From Glaucostegus cemiculus (taxonomy: Eukaryota), in contig CDPCPM010000012.1 in the NCBI GenBank assembly GCA_976551045.1, positions 2,356,001 to 2,420,000 of the forward strand: DNA of 64,000 bases, read 5' to 3'. A program made the translations under genes and the position numbers. Shown here one piece after another: positions 26,575-39,645 of the stretch (position 1 is its first letter; each line of letters starts with the position of its first letter). The notes below the pieces were generated by a model. It was not told where the DNA came from and made no database searches. It worked only from the letters and a program-made list of their open reading frames with translations.

Positions 26575-27245
26575 AATATTTCTGTTGGGTATTGGCAAGG
26601 CCAGCATTTATTGCCATCCCCAAGTGCCCTTGATAAGGTAGTGGGGAGCTGCCTTCCTGAACCACCGTTGAAGTTATTCCCTCAGTGCTGTTGTATATGG
26701 AACTCCAGGATATAGATCCAGTGATGTTGAAGGAACAGCAATAATTTTTCTAAATCAAGTTGGTATGTGAACAGGAGGGAAATCTGTGGGTGATATTCCC
26801 ATGTGTGCTGCCATTGTCTTTCTCATTGGTAGTGATCACAGATTTGGGAGGTCCTATTGAATTATCTTAGGTGAATAACCGCAGTGTAATTTGCAAATGG
26901 CAAAAACTACTAACAGTGCTCTGGTGATGGAAAAAGGTGAACGTTCAGGGTGATGGATGGTGTACCAGTCAAGCAGAGTGAAACTGGGAAGCAGAATCAC
27001 CTTTTGTGGACGCTGTCGAGCTTTTTATATGTCACTGGAGCTGCACTCATCCATGAATGTGGAAGAGTCTTCTTCACATCTCTAGCTTGTGTCTTGTAGA
27101 TGGTGGAAAGACTTTGGGAATTCAGAGGCAAGTTACTTACTTTGGGACATCAGACTTCTGACATGCTCTTGTGACTGATTCAGTTAATTAGTGGTAATCC
27201 CAGAAGGTTGATTGGTGGTGGTGGGTCAATGGTTAGCCCACTGAT
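26575..27245 (-). mobile_element. CR1-group LINE 3' fragment (probably the family of 61652-64000)
   Basis: Minus-strand tail AAGGGCACTTGGGGATGGCAATAAATGCTGGCCTTGCC, with upstream decayed RT C-terminal sequence (TIYKTQAR, WMSAAP). Confidence 0.7.
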
Positions 27246-28104
27246 GTCAGTGTACCAAAAAAATGAACACATTTCTGAACACGTGGAGCTTGCAGAGTCT
27301 CCCATGCTGACTGGATTCATGGCCAATTTTATAGGTGGGGCCCTGCTTCAGGCATATTTAATCCTGAACTTGCATAAAAGATCTCAGAAAAGACAAGCGT
27401 GATGGTTTTGAACAGAATTCATTTATGTGCAATTCTCCCCAACCTTTCATATTGCTTCAACCTAACCTGTCTGGATTGGGCTGATGTTAATCAGCAGAAA
27501 CAAATTGAAAAGCTACATCTTGATTTGTAACTGATTCAACATAGGGCAAGTGACTTGTTTTAGCTGCATTATCACAAAAAATGTTCAAAATCAACAGAGA
27601 TTTGTCCCAATTGCTCTTAATTTGTCCCAATCTGTCTGAAACAACTTCTGGAGCAGCAATCACAAGTTGGCAAGGCGAACAAGAAGGGTGCACGGGACAG
27701 AAAAATAAAGGTGAACTCATGGGTATAAAAAGTCCCTCCAGCACCAATTTTTGCATTATATGAATTTAGGCGACCCCCACGTTAGAGCAGTTTGGGCAAC
27801 AGAACTTCATTCACCCTTATGGAATTCACAAATCACTGCCAAAAATTCTGGAAGTAGGGAATAAAAACATGTTCTCTTGGACTTCGAATGTCAATTTTTA
27901 TTTTTCAACTCTCATTTCTCGATATATGCATGGATGATGTGGCTTCACATTACAGGGAGGGGAGAAAAATAAATCACAATACTGGCAATATTCTGGGAAT
28001 GCAAACCCTTCCCCATAGAGCAGGAGGTCACCTGTATTTATATTGCACTTCTCACAATGTTGCACCTTTTCAGTTTAGAAGCAGAGGAATAAATTATGGA
28101 AGTA

Positions 28105-28230
28105 CTAAAAATGAAATAGAAACAGAAATTGCTGAAAACACTCAGAGGTCAGGCAGCGCAAGTGCAAAGAGAAACAATTAACATTTCAGGTCTGGGACCC
28201 TTCATCAGAAATCGGAAAGGAGAGATGAGA
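28105..28230 (-). mobile_element. PLE tail fragment with well-preserved hammerhead core
   Basis: Minus strand 28212-28176 reads ATTT-CTGATGA-A-GGGTC-CCA-GACCT-GAAA-TGTT-AATT, followed by the PLE tail. Confidence 0.75.
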
Positions 28231-29499
28231 GTACAAAGGATTCTGGTGTTAGGAGTTTTGAGTCACACATACATCTATTTTGTTTATATTACAAATTTAT
28301 TAAATAATAATTTTACAAAAATATACTTTGCTATTATTAAATGAGAGACATCTACATCAAAGGTGTGCCTTAACAACAGTTAAAGAGAAGAGTGACACAC
28401 AATATTTTTATGTCACCATCAATAAGAATCAATCTTAATTACATAATCATTAAATCAATGCCAGATATTAAATCACTACTGCTCAATACTACTGACAATG
28501 ATTATATTTAAATATTCAAGCAATAAAACTGACTTGGTAACTAAACACCATATGGATATATCCTCAATGTACTTTTCAATGTTGATTACTTTTAAAATCT
28601 CTCAGGACAGGGACTGAACTCAAAGTGCTTAAAATAAATTCCAACTTGCACATTTTGATGAACTAGGGTAGACTGCAAGACTTTAAATTTAATTTTGCCA
28701 ACAAAGGCCACATATATGGTTATCCATTTCAAAAGCTAGTTAAAGCAAATCTTGAGTGATCACATGGGGTGTGTGCTTGCAGAGTATAAAGGCCGGATAT
28801 GACAAAGTGCATATATTCTGGAAATGTAATTTTGAAGGGAAGTCTAGTGGACTCAGGAAGACTCAGGATCAAATGCCAACCTCCCATGTGCATTATACAA
28901 CACCAGAAAGGTATTCTAGTTCCTTAGTGACAAATAATGTGTTCAGCAGGAATATGTAATGCCTAAGTGAAGACCTAATACTTGGAGAATAGAATTGTGT
29001 AAAGGCAGGAATTGTGTAAAGGAAGAAATCCAGGAAAGGTATGTGAGTCATCAACAGTTCAGAAAGCAATGACCTCAAGAAGCCATGTATTTTAGTTGAA
29101 CAGAACAATGAATACTTTAATTCATAAGTAGTTTGAGGAAGAATGAGGTTAGGTAAGATATAGCAATATGAGAAATCCAGAGCCCATATTTTAAACTTGG
29201 ATTTTCTCTCAAGACTGACTGTAATATTCATGGCACGTCGCAAAGTCTACACCTCAAGTAGATTTTTAATTGTGTCAATTCATACTACATTTAATTTGTG
29301 CAAGTTACACAAAGTCACATCGATTATTATCACTTACAAATATAAAAAGCTACTCTGGTTAAATTGACTATTTTTGTGAGAGTTTGGGCACACAGTCAAA
29401 GACTTAAAACACATTTGATGAAACATGTAGTACATTTTATTCAAATATTACAGTATGACAGAAATTCTCTTGGGTTACTGGAGTCACTGGTGCTTGTCT

Positions 29500-30060
29500 T
29501 TCAGCTCCACATAAAATTATTTTCTGTGTCTCAAACAGGCTTTACTTTCCCCTTTTCAATCCCCTTTCCTTACTTATTTATACAACATCTTGGGTATTTT
29601 TTCATCTTGTCTAATGATATTTTTATGCAGCCTCTTTGCATTCTTAATTTCACCCTGCACAGGCTTTTGAAGTACTGAGCTTTCGAATTTTACCTCATGG
29701 TCCTGATCATAAACCTCAACAGCCAAGCAGTTTAGATTTGGGAGTTTCACCCTTTCTCACTATGAGACAATATTTCTCTTTATTTCTATCTTGAATGCCC
29801 TGCATTACCCTGACATTAATTTACCTTCAAGTAGTTGTTTTGAGCCCATTTTTGCTAAACCACACCTCAGCTTAGTAAACAGGGCTTATCCTAACTGAGA
29901 GCTTTTATTCTTGGTTCATCATTGAGCTTTTCCCATTACTGTACTTCACCTAACCAAATTACAATCACATCAGCCAAAGTGTTCTCACACTGTCCCCCTT
30001 CCAGGGGTAGAATCCAGGGTGGTCTTTGGAGAATGAATCAAGAGATTTGTTGGGTTCTAA
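29500..30060 (-). mobile_element. Old CR1 ORF2 fragment (EN-RT linker)
   Basis: Minus translation GEIKNAKRLHKNIIRQDEKIPKMLYK resembles the CR1 KxEIRxAKRxHE...NPKxFYxY segment. Confidence 0.5.
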
Positions 30061-31883
30061 CGAGTAAAAATGTAGTGACTTACATATTAAGATATGTCAT
30101 GTGCCAGCAATTTGAACCCTATTGGACCACATATGAGGCACCAAACCTGCAAAGCCCTGGGAGAAAATAGGGTGTGAATTGTTTGAAGTAACTGGAAGAA
30201 AATCTCTTATTTTTTGCTTATTACACCAATTAAGAAAAAGAAAGGAATTAAAAGATGAAAGCTCTTTTTACATGTCTTTGAATTCCAAATTAAGTTATGT
30301 CAGGCAAGAGAACACCATTTAACTCAAAGCACTTCCAACATTATTTGAAACAATGAGTTCAGACATGTCATCAGCTCAAAAGATTGCCATAGTCAAATGG
30401 CAAGACAAAGAACATTTTTCAAATTCCTAGGGAACCTCAAGTTTGACACAGACTCTGCCTCGCTCTCAGGGACAACTGGCTATGTAGAAAGTTCTCTAAT
30501 TTCTAGCTGCAATATTAAGTATTTTTGATACCTTTCTTTTCTGTGAAGATCCTTGGCAGACTAACCAAAATGTTCTTTCCTACAATTAGTTGAAGTCTGG
30601 AACAGAATCCTGTAAAGTCATGCCAAAAGAGAACAGTTTGCTTATAAATTGGAATGCATAGTCCCTGATTTCCTTCCCCATGTAAATCATGCATAAAAGC
30701 CATTTTGATCATATTTTTTTTTGACAGCAACCATTTCCAGGGGAAGTCCTGTCCATCAAGAAGGAGACCAGGTTCTTGCGGGCACAATTCACCTTAGTAC
30801 AACTGATGTTCCTCCAGTGCTAATCACGTACCTGAGGGCATCATCAACAAACAAAGCACTCGTCGCTGGCTTACAACAACTTGAACAGAAGTGTGTAATC
30901 AACAAAGTTCCCAGTAAAACAAGGAGCAAAATTCACAGCAAGTTGGAAGAGAAATATGAGGTGTCTAAAATGAGACACTGATGTGTTGCTGCCAAACTTT
31001 TTAATGCCATGCATGTTACATATGGCTGCGTCTCAGAAAATTGCTGACCATCAAAACCATACACAGCACTAATATGCTGTGATCTTTCTCCGAGTAACAA
31101 GACCATTTCTTTCAGCGATGAGAAGTTACTCATGGCACAGTATTCAATGTGTGAGACAATCAAGGGTGAAGGAATGTGGTCACACACACTTAAAGCATAT
31201 GTACTCACCTTCTCTGCCTTCCATAGAAGCCTTTTATGCTGTTGGAATGTGTTCTTTAAAACTGTGATCTACTTCTCAGTGGCAAAAATGTGGGAACTGT
31301 GACGGTGGCAGCCATCTGTCAATGGGAACCATGCAAGTTGTATTTTATCCTAACAATCAGGTGATGCTCACTCTAATGATTTGTTAAAGGTAAATTTTCC
31401 CAATTTCTTAATTTTTAGGCATCTACTTCTCAAGCATTAGCACTGAACTCGGCACTCATTTAGTGCATAAAATAAGGATGAAGTCCAAGTTTGGACACAT
31501 TTGCTTTATAATTCTGCCTATTCACCAAATTTCCAAGCTAAAACAGCACAGAGACTTACCCCTACCATTCCTATGGTTTTCTAGTGGATTATCTTAACCT
31601 GTAGTTGTTAGAGGTATGTGAACAGCTGGGAGAGGTAGTGAAATCTGGCCTTAAATGTGAACATTAGGTTCCAATCAGGTCATTAGCTCCAAATGTAATT
31701 TTTACCCAAAGCCCAAGCAAAAAAGTATTCCTTGCTGCCTCTCTCGCCCTGGGTTGCCCCATGCTTTTTACAACTTTCTATTCACATGTCTGATTCTTTA
31801 CTGGTTCTTGTGGCTGCCAAGTCCAGAGAAGTTGAAAAATAAAATGTTGAGAAACCCAGCATATGTAGCAAGGATAGACCCCC

Positions 31884-33101
31884 TATTGGTATTGGTTTAT
31901 TATTGTCACGTACTGAGGTACAGTGAAAAGCTTGTCTTACAAACTGATCATACAGGTCAATTCATTACACAGTGCAGTTACATTGAGTTAGTACAGAGTG
32001 CATTGATGTAGTACAGGTAAAAACAGTAACAATACAGAGTAAAGTGTCACAGCTACAGAGAAAGTGCAGTGCAATAAGGTGCAAGGTCACAACAAGGTAG
32101 AGTGCGAGGTCATAGTCTATCTCATTGTATAAAGGAACCGTTCAATAGTCTTATCACAGTAGGGTAGAAGCTGTCCTTAAGTCTGGTGGTACATGTCCTC
32201 AGGCCTGTATCTTCTACATGATAGAAGAGGAGAGAAGAGAGAATGTCCCAGGTGGTTGGGGTCTTTGATTATGCTGGCTGCTTCACCAAGACAGCAAGAG
32301 GTAAAGACAGAGTCCAAGGAGGAGAGGCTGGTGTCCGTGATGTGCTGGACTGTGTCCACAACTCTCTGCAGTTTCTTGCGGTCCTGGGCAGAGTAGTTGC
32401 CATACCAAGCTGTGATACATCCAGATAGGATGCTTTCTATGGTGCATTGGTAAAAGTTGGTAGAGTCAAAGGGGACAAACTAAATTTCTTCAGCCTCCTG
32501 AGGAAGTAGAGGCACTCGTGAGCTTTCTTGGCTGTGGCATCTACGTGATTTGACCAGATCAAGCTGTTGGTGATGTTCACACTCAGGAACTCAACCCCCT
32601 CGACTTCAGCACCATTGATGTAGACAGGTGCATGTACACCGCCCACTTTCCTGAAGTCAATGACCAGCTCTTTTGTTTTGTTGACGTTGAGGGAAAGGTT
32701 GTTGTCATGACACCATTCCACTAAGCTCTCTATCTCCTTCCTGTACTCCGACTCATAGCTGTTTGAGATACTGCCTACAACAGTCGTATCATCTGCAAAC
32801 TTGTAGATGGAGTTGGAGCAGAATCTGGCCACACAGTCATGAGCATATAGGGAGTAGAGCAGAGGGCTGAGGACACAGCCTTGTGGGGCACTAGCATTGA
32901 GAATAATCGTGCAGGAGGTATTGCTGCCTATCCTCACTGATTGCGGTCTGTTTGTTAGAAAGTCGAGGATCCAGTTACAGAGGGAGGTGTTGAGTTCTAG
33001 GTATTGGAGTTTGGTGACAAGCTTGCTTGGGATTATTGTATTGAAGGCAGAGCTGTGGTCAATAAACAATAGTCTAACGTAGGTGTCTTTACTGTCCAGA
33101 T
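31884..33101 (-). mobile_element. Rex1/Babar-type LINE, 5'-truncated (RT C-half + DUF1891 + 3' UTR)
   Basis: ORF 32437-33069: [57 protein letters not shown]; tail AATAATAAA(CCAATA)2. Confidence 0.92.
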
Positions 33102-33102
33102 T

Positions 33103-35690
33103 GTTTTAATATATTAACAAAATAAACTTTCTTCATAATAAACTAAATACAATAATAAAACCATTCAAACCTTTTACATTCGATTACAGTTCCATTCTTA
33201 GTGTTACATTTTTACATATACAAAACATAGCACCGATGCCACTCGTGTGGCTCCCTAAAGTGATACCCCAATCCCATGTTTACAACATTTGAGGGGCTTC
33301 CTCGCCTGACCCCGCCCTTCCCTCTCCTGTGGCAGAAGAACCCTAAACTGTGGCCCTTTCCCAATGCACCTTAGCATTGGCTGTACCTAGCTTCAGTGCG
33401 TCTCTTAGCACGTACTCCTGCAACTTGGAATGTGCCAGTCGGCAGCATTCCCCTACAGACATCTCACAGTGCTGGAAGACCAACAAGTTCCAGGTAGACC
33501 AAAGGGCATCTTCCACTGAGTTGATGACCTTCCAGCAGCAGTTGATATCCCTCTCTGAGTGTGTCTCCGGGAACAGCCCCTAGATCAGGGAATCCTCTGT
33601 TACGCAGCTGCTGGGGATGAACCATGACAAGGACCCTTGCGTCTTTTGTCGCACCCTCCTCGCAAACCTACAGTCTGAAAAGAGGTGGGCTACCACCTTG
33701 TCCTCAGCGCAGTCCTCCCGGGGGCAGCATGCACTGAGACTGAGGTTCCACCTGTACGGGAGGGATCTGACTGGGAGGGCCCCTCTCACCACCAGCCAAG
33801 CAAGGTCTTGAATGCTTGTTGGTGAATTCTGGCGATGAGGCATTCCGCCAGATGGTCTAGACAGTCTGCTCAGGGAACCACCCCACCACATCCATTGTGT
33901 CCTTCTGCAGTGCCTGCAGGACATTCCGTGCTGACCACTTCCTGATGGACTTGTAGTCAAAGGTGTTGGTCTGGAAGAATTTTCCCACGAAGGATAGGTA
34001 GTGTGGCAGTGTCCAGCTGACTGGAACGCCGCGTGGCCATGGGGCCAGGCCCATCCTTCATAACAGCAGGGAGAGGTAGAACCTCAGCACGTAGTGACAC
34101 TTGGTGCCAACATACTTGGGTTCCACGCACCGCCTGATGCAGCCACAGACGAAGGTGGTCATCAGGATGAGGGTGACATTGGGGGACACCTTTACCCCCA
34201 TCGTCCAGGGACTTAAGCAGGGTGACCCATCAGACCTGCTCTATCCTGGATCCCCAGACAAACCGGAAGACGGCTCAGGTGATCTCCACGCCGGAGGAGC
34301 GAGGAACAGGCCACACCTGCGCCAAGTAGAGCAGCCCTGAGAGCAGCTCACACCTGATGACCAAGTTCTTCTCAGTTATCGATAAGGAGCGCTGTTCCCA
34401 CCATCCCAGTTGCTGCTTCACCCTCCCAATCCACTCCCGACAATTTTTGTTGCACGCCCCAGCTCCTCCGAACCAGATCCCCAGCACCTTCAGGTCGTCA
34501 AGCCTGACTGTGAAGGGGACAATGGATCAGTCGGGCCAGTTGCCGAAGAGCATGGCCTCGCTCTTCGCGTGATTAACCCTGGCCCCGATGCCAATTCAAA
34601 CTGGTCGCAGATGCTGATCAATCTGCAAACTGACCTTGGGTCCAAGCAGAAGACAGTGATGCTGTCCATGTACAGGGAGGTCTTCACCTGGGTGACCTCA
34701 CTGCCTGGCAGCGTCACCCCACTTATGCACTTGTCCTTCCTGATGGATTTGGCAAAGGGTTCTATACAACACACAAACAAGACAAGGGAGAGAGGGCAGC
34801 CCTGTCTGACTCCAGACTTGATGGGGAAGCTGTCTGTTTCCCACCCACTGATTTGGACCGTGCTACAGATGTCTGTATAGAGCAGTTGGATCCAATTCCT
34901 GATTCCCTCCCCATAGCCCATTTTGGAGAGCACGTTCAACATGTACTTGTGTGATATCCTGTCGAAGGCCTTCTCCTGATCCAGGCTGACTAGGCAGGTG
35001 TTCACTTCTCTGTTCTGCATGTAGGCAATGGTGTCCCTGAGCAGCACAAGGCTGTCAGAGATCTTCTTGCCAGGTACAGCACAGGTTTGGTCTGGGTGGA
35101 TCACCTGTCCCAGAGCAGCCCTGACCCTGTTGGTGATGGACTTGGACAGGATCTTATAGTCCACATTCAATAGTGAGATGGGTCTCCAATTTCTGATGTC
35201 CTCCCTCTCCCCCTTCTGCTTGTAGATGAGGGTAATGATGCCCTTCCTCATGCACTCTGACATACTGCCAGACTGAAGCATAGCATTGTACACTTCCAGC
35301 AGGTCCAGGCCCATCCAGTCCCACAGAGCTGAGTACAACTCACTGGTAAGCCATCGCTTCCCGGAGTTTTATTCGCATCAAAGGAACGGACGGAGCCAGT
35401 CAGCTCCTCCAGGGTCAGTGGCTGGTCCAGACTCTCCCGCTTGCTGTCATCTAGGACCTCCGTGATACAGGACAGGAAGTTCTGGGAGGCTACACTGTCA
35501 GTGGCCTTCCTGTCGTACAGACTGGCATAGAAGGATCTACAGAACCTTAATATGTCCGTCTGCAAGGATGCTACCGAGCCGTCCTCCTCCTTAAGGCTGT
35601 GGATTACAGAGCTCCCCCTGTGCACCTTTTGGAAGAAGAAACGTGAGCACATCACATCCTGCTCCACAGTGCGGACCCTGCTCCAGAGCT
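33103..35690 (-). mobile_element. Tx1/L1-clade LINE ORF2 fragment (RT + zf-RVT), 5'-truncated and frameshifted
   Basis: KTPGSDGLP, NWRPISLLNVDYKILSK, LDQEKAFDRISH, SGVRQGCPLS, YMDS (YxDD equivalent), C-terminal CPREDC...HLFSDC zinc finger; 3' end TGAAGAAAGTTTATTTTG. Confidence 0.92.
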
Positions 35691-36179
35691 GAGTGTAGGC
35701 CCCAGCAGCCCATTTTTGGTTTTTTTTGCATCCTGTCCCGAGGCCAGACACACGATACTACATCAATGTCTGGGTGAGTTACTTGTCAGCATGTGACTGA
35801 CACCAGCAGCTGATGTCAATTTTGTGCAAGAAGGCCAATTTTCAGCAATCATTTTGGATTGTACACATTGAATGCCAGTTTGGGTTAATTTCTGGATGAG
35901 ATACCTTTGAAAGATGGATTCTTTCACATAAACCACCACACATGATCCACCAAATTATACAAATAGCTAAGCTGTTGTTTTTATTAAATTAATTTACAGT
36001 AGGAATTAAATATAATTTTGAGCAGATAAGGAGCCATTCATTGGACAAGGAAGAGCTGCTACAGACTACAAAGAACCCTTTAATTTAGTGGGACTCGGAT
36101 GAAAAATCCCAACCAGCACAGACTAGTTAATTGTCACCACCTCGTCTTTCTGTCTGCCTCCACTATCTATTCTGCCAGT

Positions 36180-36193
36180 GTTACCAAGGCAAC
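36180..36193. promoter_or_regulatory. RFX X-box-like palindrome
   Basis: GTTACCAAGGCAAC differs at one position from GTTRCCATGGYAAC and lies in non-repeat sequence. Confidence 0.3.
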
Positions 36194-36889
36194 AATCAGT
36201 CTTACCAACATCAAGAAAACCACAGCACTAAGATGGGTAAACCACTCATTTTGCTGAACACAGCATTCCTGCTTGGTCTTATAAAAGGTTGGAGAATTTA
36301 TACCTTTTTTATCTAGGTAGTAATTTGAAAGTATTGTGTTTCGCTGCTTAAATCAAAGCTTCATTGGAAGCAAAGAAGAGTCAAGTACAGAGAAGAAACA
36401 TATCAAGGCATGCACATAGACACCAGAATGCAGAAATGTGTCCAAAAATAGCATTGCACAAATAAAAGAGCATATTAAGGTGGTATTAATTAACATTGGC
36501 CCATTTCCAAGCAAGTTAACACCAGTCATTATTTTTCTGGTATCCAGTCCAGCAACACTAGTGTAATATTCAAAATTCATTCCTGGAAAGATTTTCTGCT
36601 CACTGGTCTGAATCACAAATTGTTCTGTCCAATCACACAAGCAGTAGCTTTTAATAATGCTGAAGATTGAAAGTCAATGCTGTTTAAAGGACCATGTACA
36701 TCTTTCTTGCAGTCAAAGGCAAAATTCTGCACAGTTGTCTGCAAAATGAACCTCAGACTACTTTAACTTGTGATTTTCAGAGGTCATTGATAAACCTCAA
36801 ATGGCAAATAAATTCAAGAGGCTGCACTGCTCTCAAGGTGAGTGTTAGCCTCACTCTCAGAAACTTTGCTTCAGGACAGAGAATGGGTT

Positions 36890-37037
36890 CGACACTTGGA
36901 CAGGTTCATGGATAGGAAAGCTTGAGAGGGATATGGGCCAAATGCAGGCAAATAGGACTAGCTTAAGATTCCTTGGTTGGCATGCATGAGTTGGGCCGAA
37001 GGGCATGTATCAATGCTGTAGAACTCCATAACTCTAT
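36890..37037 (+). mobile_element. CR1 3' end
   Basis: TTGGACAGGTTCATGGATAGGAAAG...GGGATATGGGCCAAATGCAGG...TTGGGCCGAAGGGC...CTCCATAACTCTA. Confidence 0.8.
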
Positions 37038-37679
37038 AAAAGTCAACCCGTTGCTCACTGTTGTATTGCAGGCCCAATAAAACCCTAACAGCAAGAAACT
37101 TCAATCCTTGCTGGATACAACTTTTGCCTTCATACTTAGGAAGAATATATGGCTCATTGCAAGTGTCCTAAAAGTGCAGACAGTCATAGATAGCACTCAA
37201 GCCCTTTCACATGATTCCCCGGCAACTCCAGAGCCAAGGATGTTGCCTCCTGCCTGTATTAATCTTCAGAAGCCTGGATGAGTTTCACTGCCACACATAC
37301 TTTGCCAACACTCCCAGCTGCTGGATTGATTGTGCGGTGACTGTCTAAGGGCTACTTCCTGAGGTCAGAGGTGTGACGAAAGCTGCTACTAGCGTGGGAA
37401 ATTTGACCTCTAATGCCCACTATTTCTGAAACAGAGAAGCTGACACAAATGAACCTGCTAGCACTGTTTCAGAAATGGTATGAACAAATTTCAATTTTTT
37501 TTTGAAGTTTTTGAACCAACACTGGGGAGATAGCTCAGTGTTCTAAAATTAGAAAATTTAATTCTAATGCTGACTGTTTTTGATCAGAATGATGCCTGCC
37601 ATAATGTAGAAATGAAATTAAACAGAGTTCGAGCAGTGTGTATTACTAATAACAAATACATCTCAGGACAAAAAGGGGA

Positions 37680-39645
37680 CATGGGAAATCCTAGACAAGT
37701 AAGGTAGAGGGGAATCCTAAGATATTCTGTACATATATTAAGAGCAAAAGGGTAACTAGGGAAAGAATGTGTCCCCTTAAGGCTCAGTGTGGCTAACTTG
37801 TGTGGATCCACAGGAGATGGGTGAGGTCTTAAATGAATACTTCTCTGTATTTACCATTGAGAAAGCCATGGAAGTTCAAAAATTCAGGGAAAAGAATAGT
37901 GATGTCCTAAAACATATTGATATGAAAAAGGAGGTACTCACAGTCTTGAGGCACATAAAGGTGGATAAATTCCCAGGGCCTGACCAAGTATATCCTGGGA
38001 TGTTGCAGGAAGTAAGAGAAGAAATAGCAGGGACACAGGCAGAGGTTTTTGTATCTTCCTTAGCAACAGGTGAGGTGTCAGAATACTGGAGGGTGGCTAA
38101 CGTTGTGCCTTTATTTAAGAAGGCCTGTAAGGACAACCTAGGAACCTACATGCCAGTGAGCCTAACATCAGTGAAGGGTAAGGTACTGAAGAGCATTCTG
38201 AGAGACAGGATCTATCTGCAATCAGAAAGGCAAGGACTGTTTAGGAACAGTCAGCAATGGTTTTGGCTGTGGGAAATTGTGTTTCATGAGTTTGGGTGTT
38301 TTTAAGAGCTGACCAAGAGGATTGACAAGGACGAGACAGTAGATGTTGTCTACATGGACTTTAGAAAGGCTTTTGACAAAGTCCCACATAGTAAACTAGT
38401 CTGGAAGATGAGGTCACATGGGATTGAGGGTAAGCTAGCCAAGGCTTGGTGGTAGGAGGCAGAAGGTGGTAGTGGAGCATTGTTTTTCTAGATTGGAGGA
38501 CTGTGACCAGTGGTGCGCTGCAGAGATTGGTGCTGGGTCCACTGTTGCTTGTTGTATATATTATCAATTCGGATGAGAATGTAGGTGACATGATTAGTAA
38601 CTTTGCAGATGACACCAAAATTGGTGACACTGGAGACTGCAAATGCTGGAATCTGGAGCAAAAAAAAACAAACTGCTGGAGGAACTCAGCAAGTCAAGTA
38701 GCATCTGTGGAGGCAAAGGGATAGTCAACCTTTTGCGCTTTGACCCTGCATTAGGACTCAAAATTGGTGGTGTGGTGAACAGTGAAGAAGGTTGTCTAAA
38801 GTTACAACAGGATCTAGATCAACTGGGAAAGTGGGCAAACGAATGGCAGATGGAATTTAACACAGACGAGTGCAAGATGATGCATTTTGGGAATTTAAAC
38901 CATGACAGGACTTGCACAGTAAATGACAGGCCCTATGGAGTGTTGTTGAACAGAATGACCGAGGGGTACAAGTACATAGTTCCATGGAAGTGGAGATTCA
39001 ATTGGACAATGTGGTGAAGAAGGCATATGGCACAATTACCGTCATCAGATGGAGCAGTGAGTACAAGAGTTGGGACATCATGTTACAGTGGGATAGGACA
39101 GTGATAAGACTGTGCCTGGAATATTGTGTGCAGTTCTACTCACTGTACAATAAAGGATGTGATTAAGTTAGAAAGGGTGCTGGAAAGGTTCACAAGGACA
39201 TTGCTGGGACTTGAGTTATGACGAGAGACTAGATAGAGTGGGTCTGTTTTCCTTGGAGCAGAAGAGGCCGAGCGGTGAATTTAGGTGTTTATAAAATCAC
39301 AAGGGGCGGATATAAGGTAGATAGTCACTGTCTTTTTCCCAGGTAGGAGAGAGTAAAACTATAGGACTTAGGTTTAAGGTGAGAGCAGAAAGATTTAAAG
39401 GGGACCTGAGGAGCAAGTTTTTCCACACAGATGGTGGTGGGTATATGGAATGAACTACCAGTAGAGGTGGGTACAGTTACAATGTTTAAAAGATATTTAG
39501 ACAGGTTCATGGAAAGGAAAGGTTTAGAGGGATAAGGGCCAAATGGAGGAAAATAAGCACCTTGGTCAGCATAAGGACTTTGGTCAGCATAGACAAGTTG
39601 GGCCCAACGGCCTGTTTCCATGCTGTAAAACTCTTTGACTCGATG
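37680..39645 (+). mobile_element. CR1 LINE (HER1-like) ORF2 RT region to 3' end, decayed
   Basis: VDKFPGPDQVYP, WRVANVVPLFKK, MPVSLTSVKGKVL, VYMDFRKAFDKVPH, VLGPLLLVVYI, FADDTKIG, WQMEFN and a CR1 tail. Confidence 0.92.
38627..38758 (-). mobile_element. 132-bp PLE tail inserted into the CR1 RT, with 11-bp TSD
   Basis: CAAAATTGGTG at 38616-38626 and 38759-38769; the insert is GACTGCAAATGCTGGAATCTGG...CTGCTGGAGGAACTCAGC... ending in a decayed hammerhead. Confidence 0.9.
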
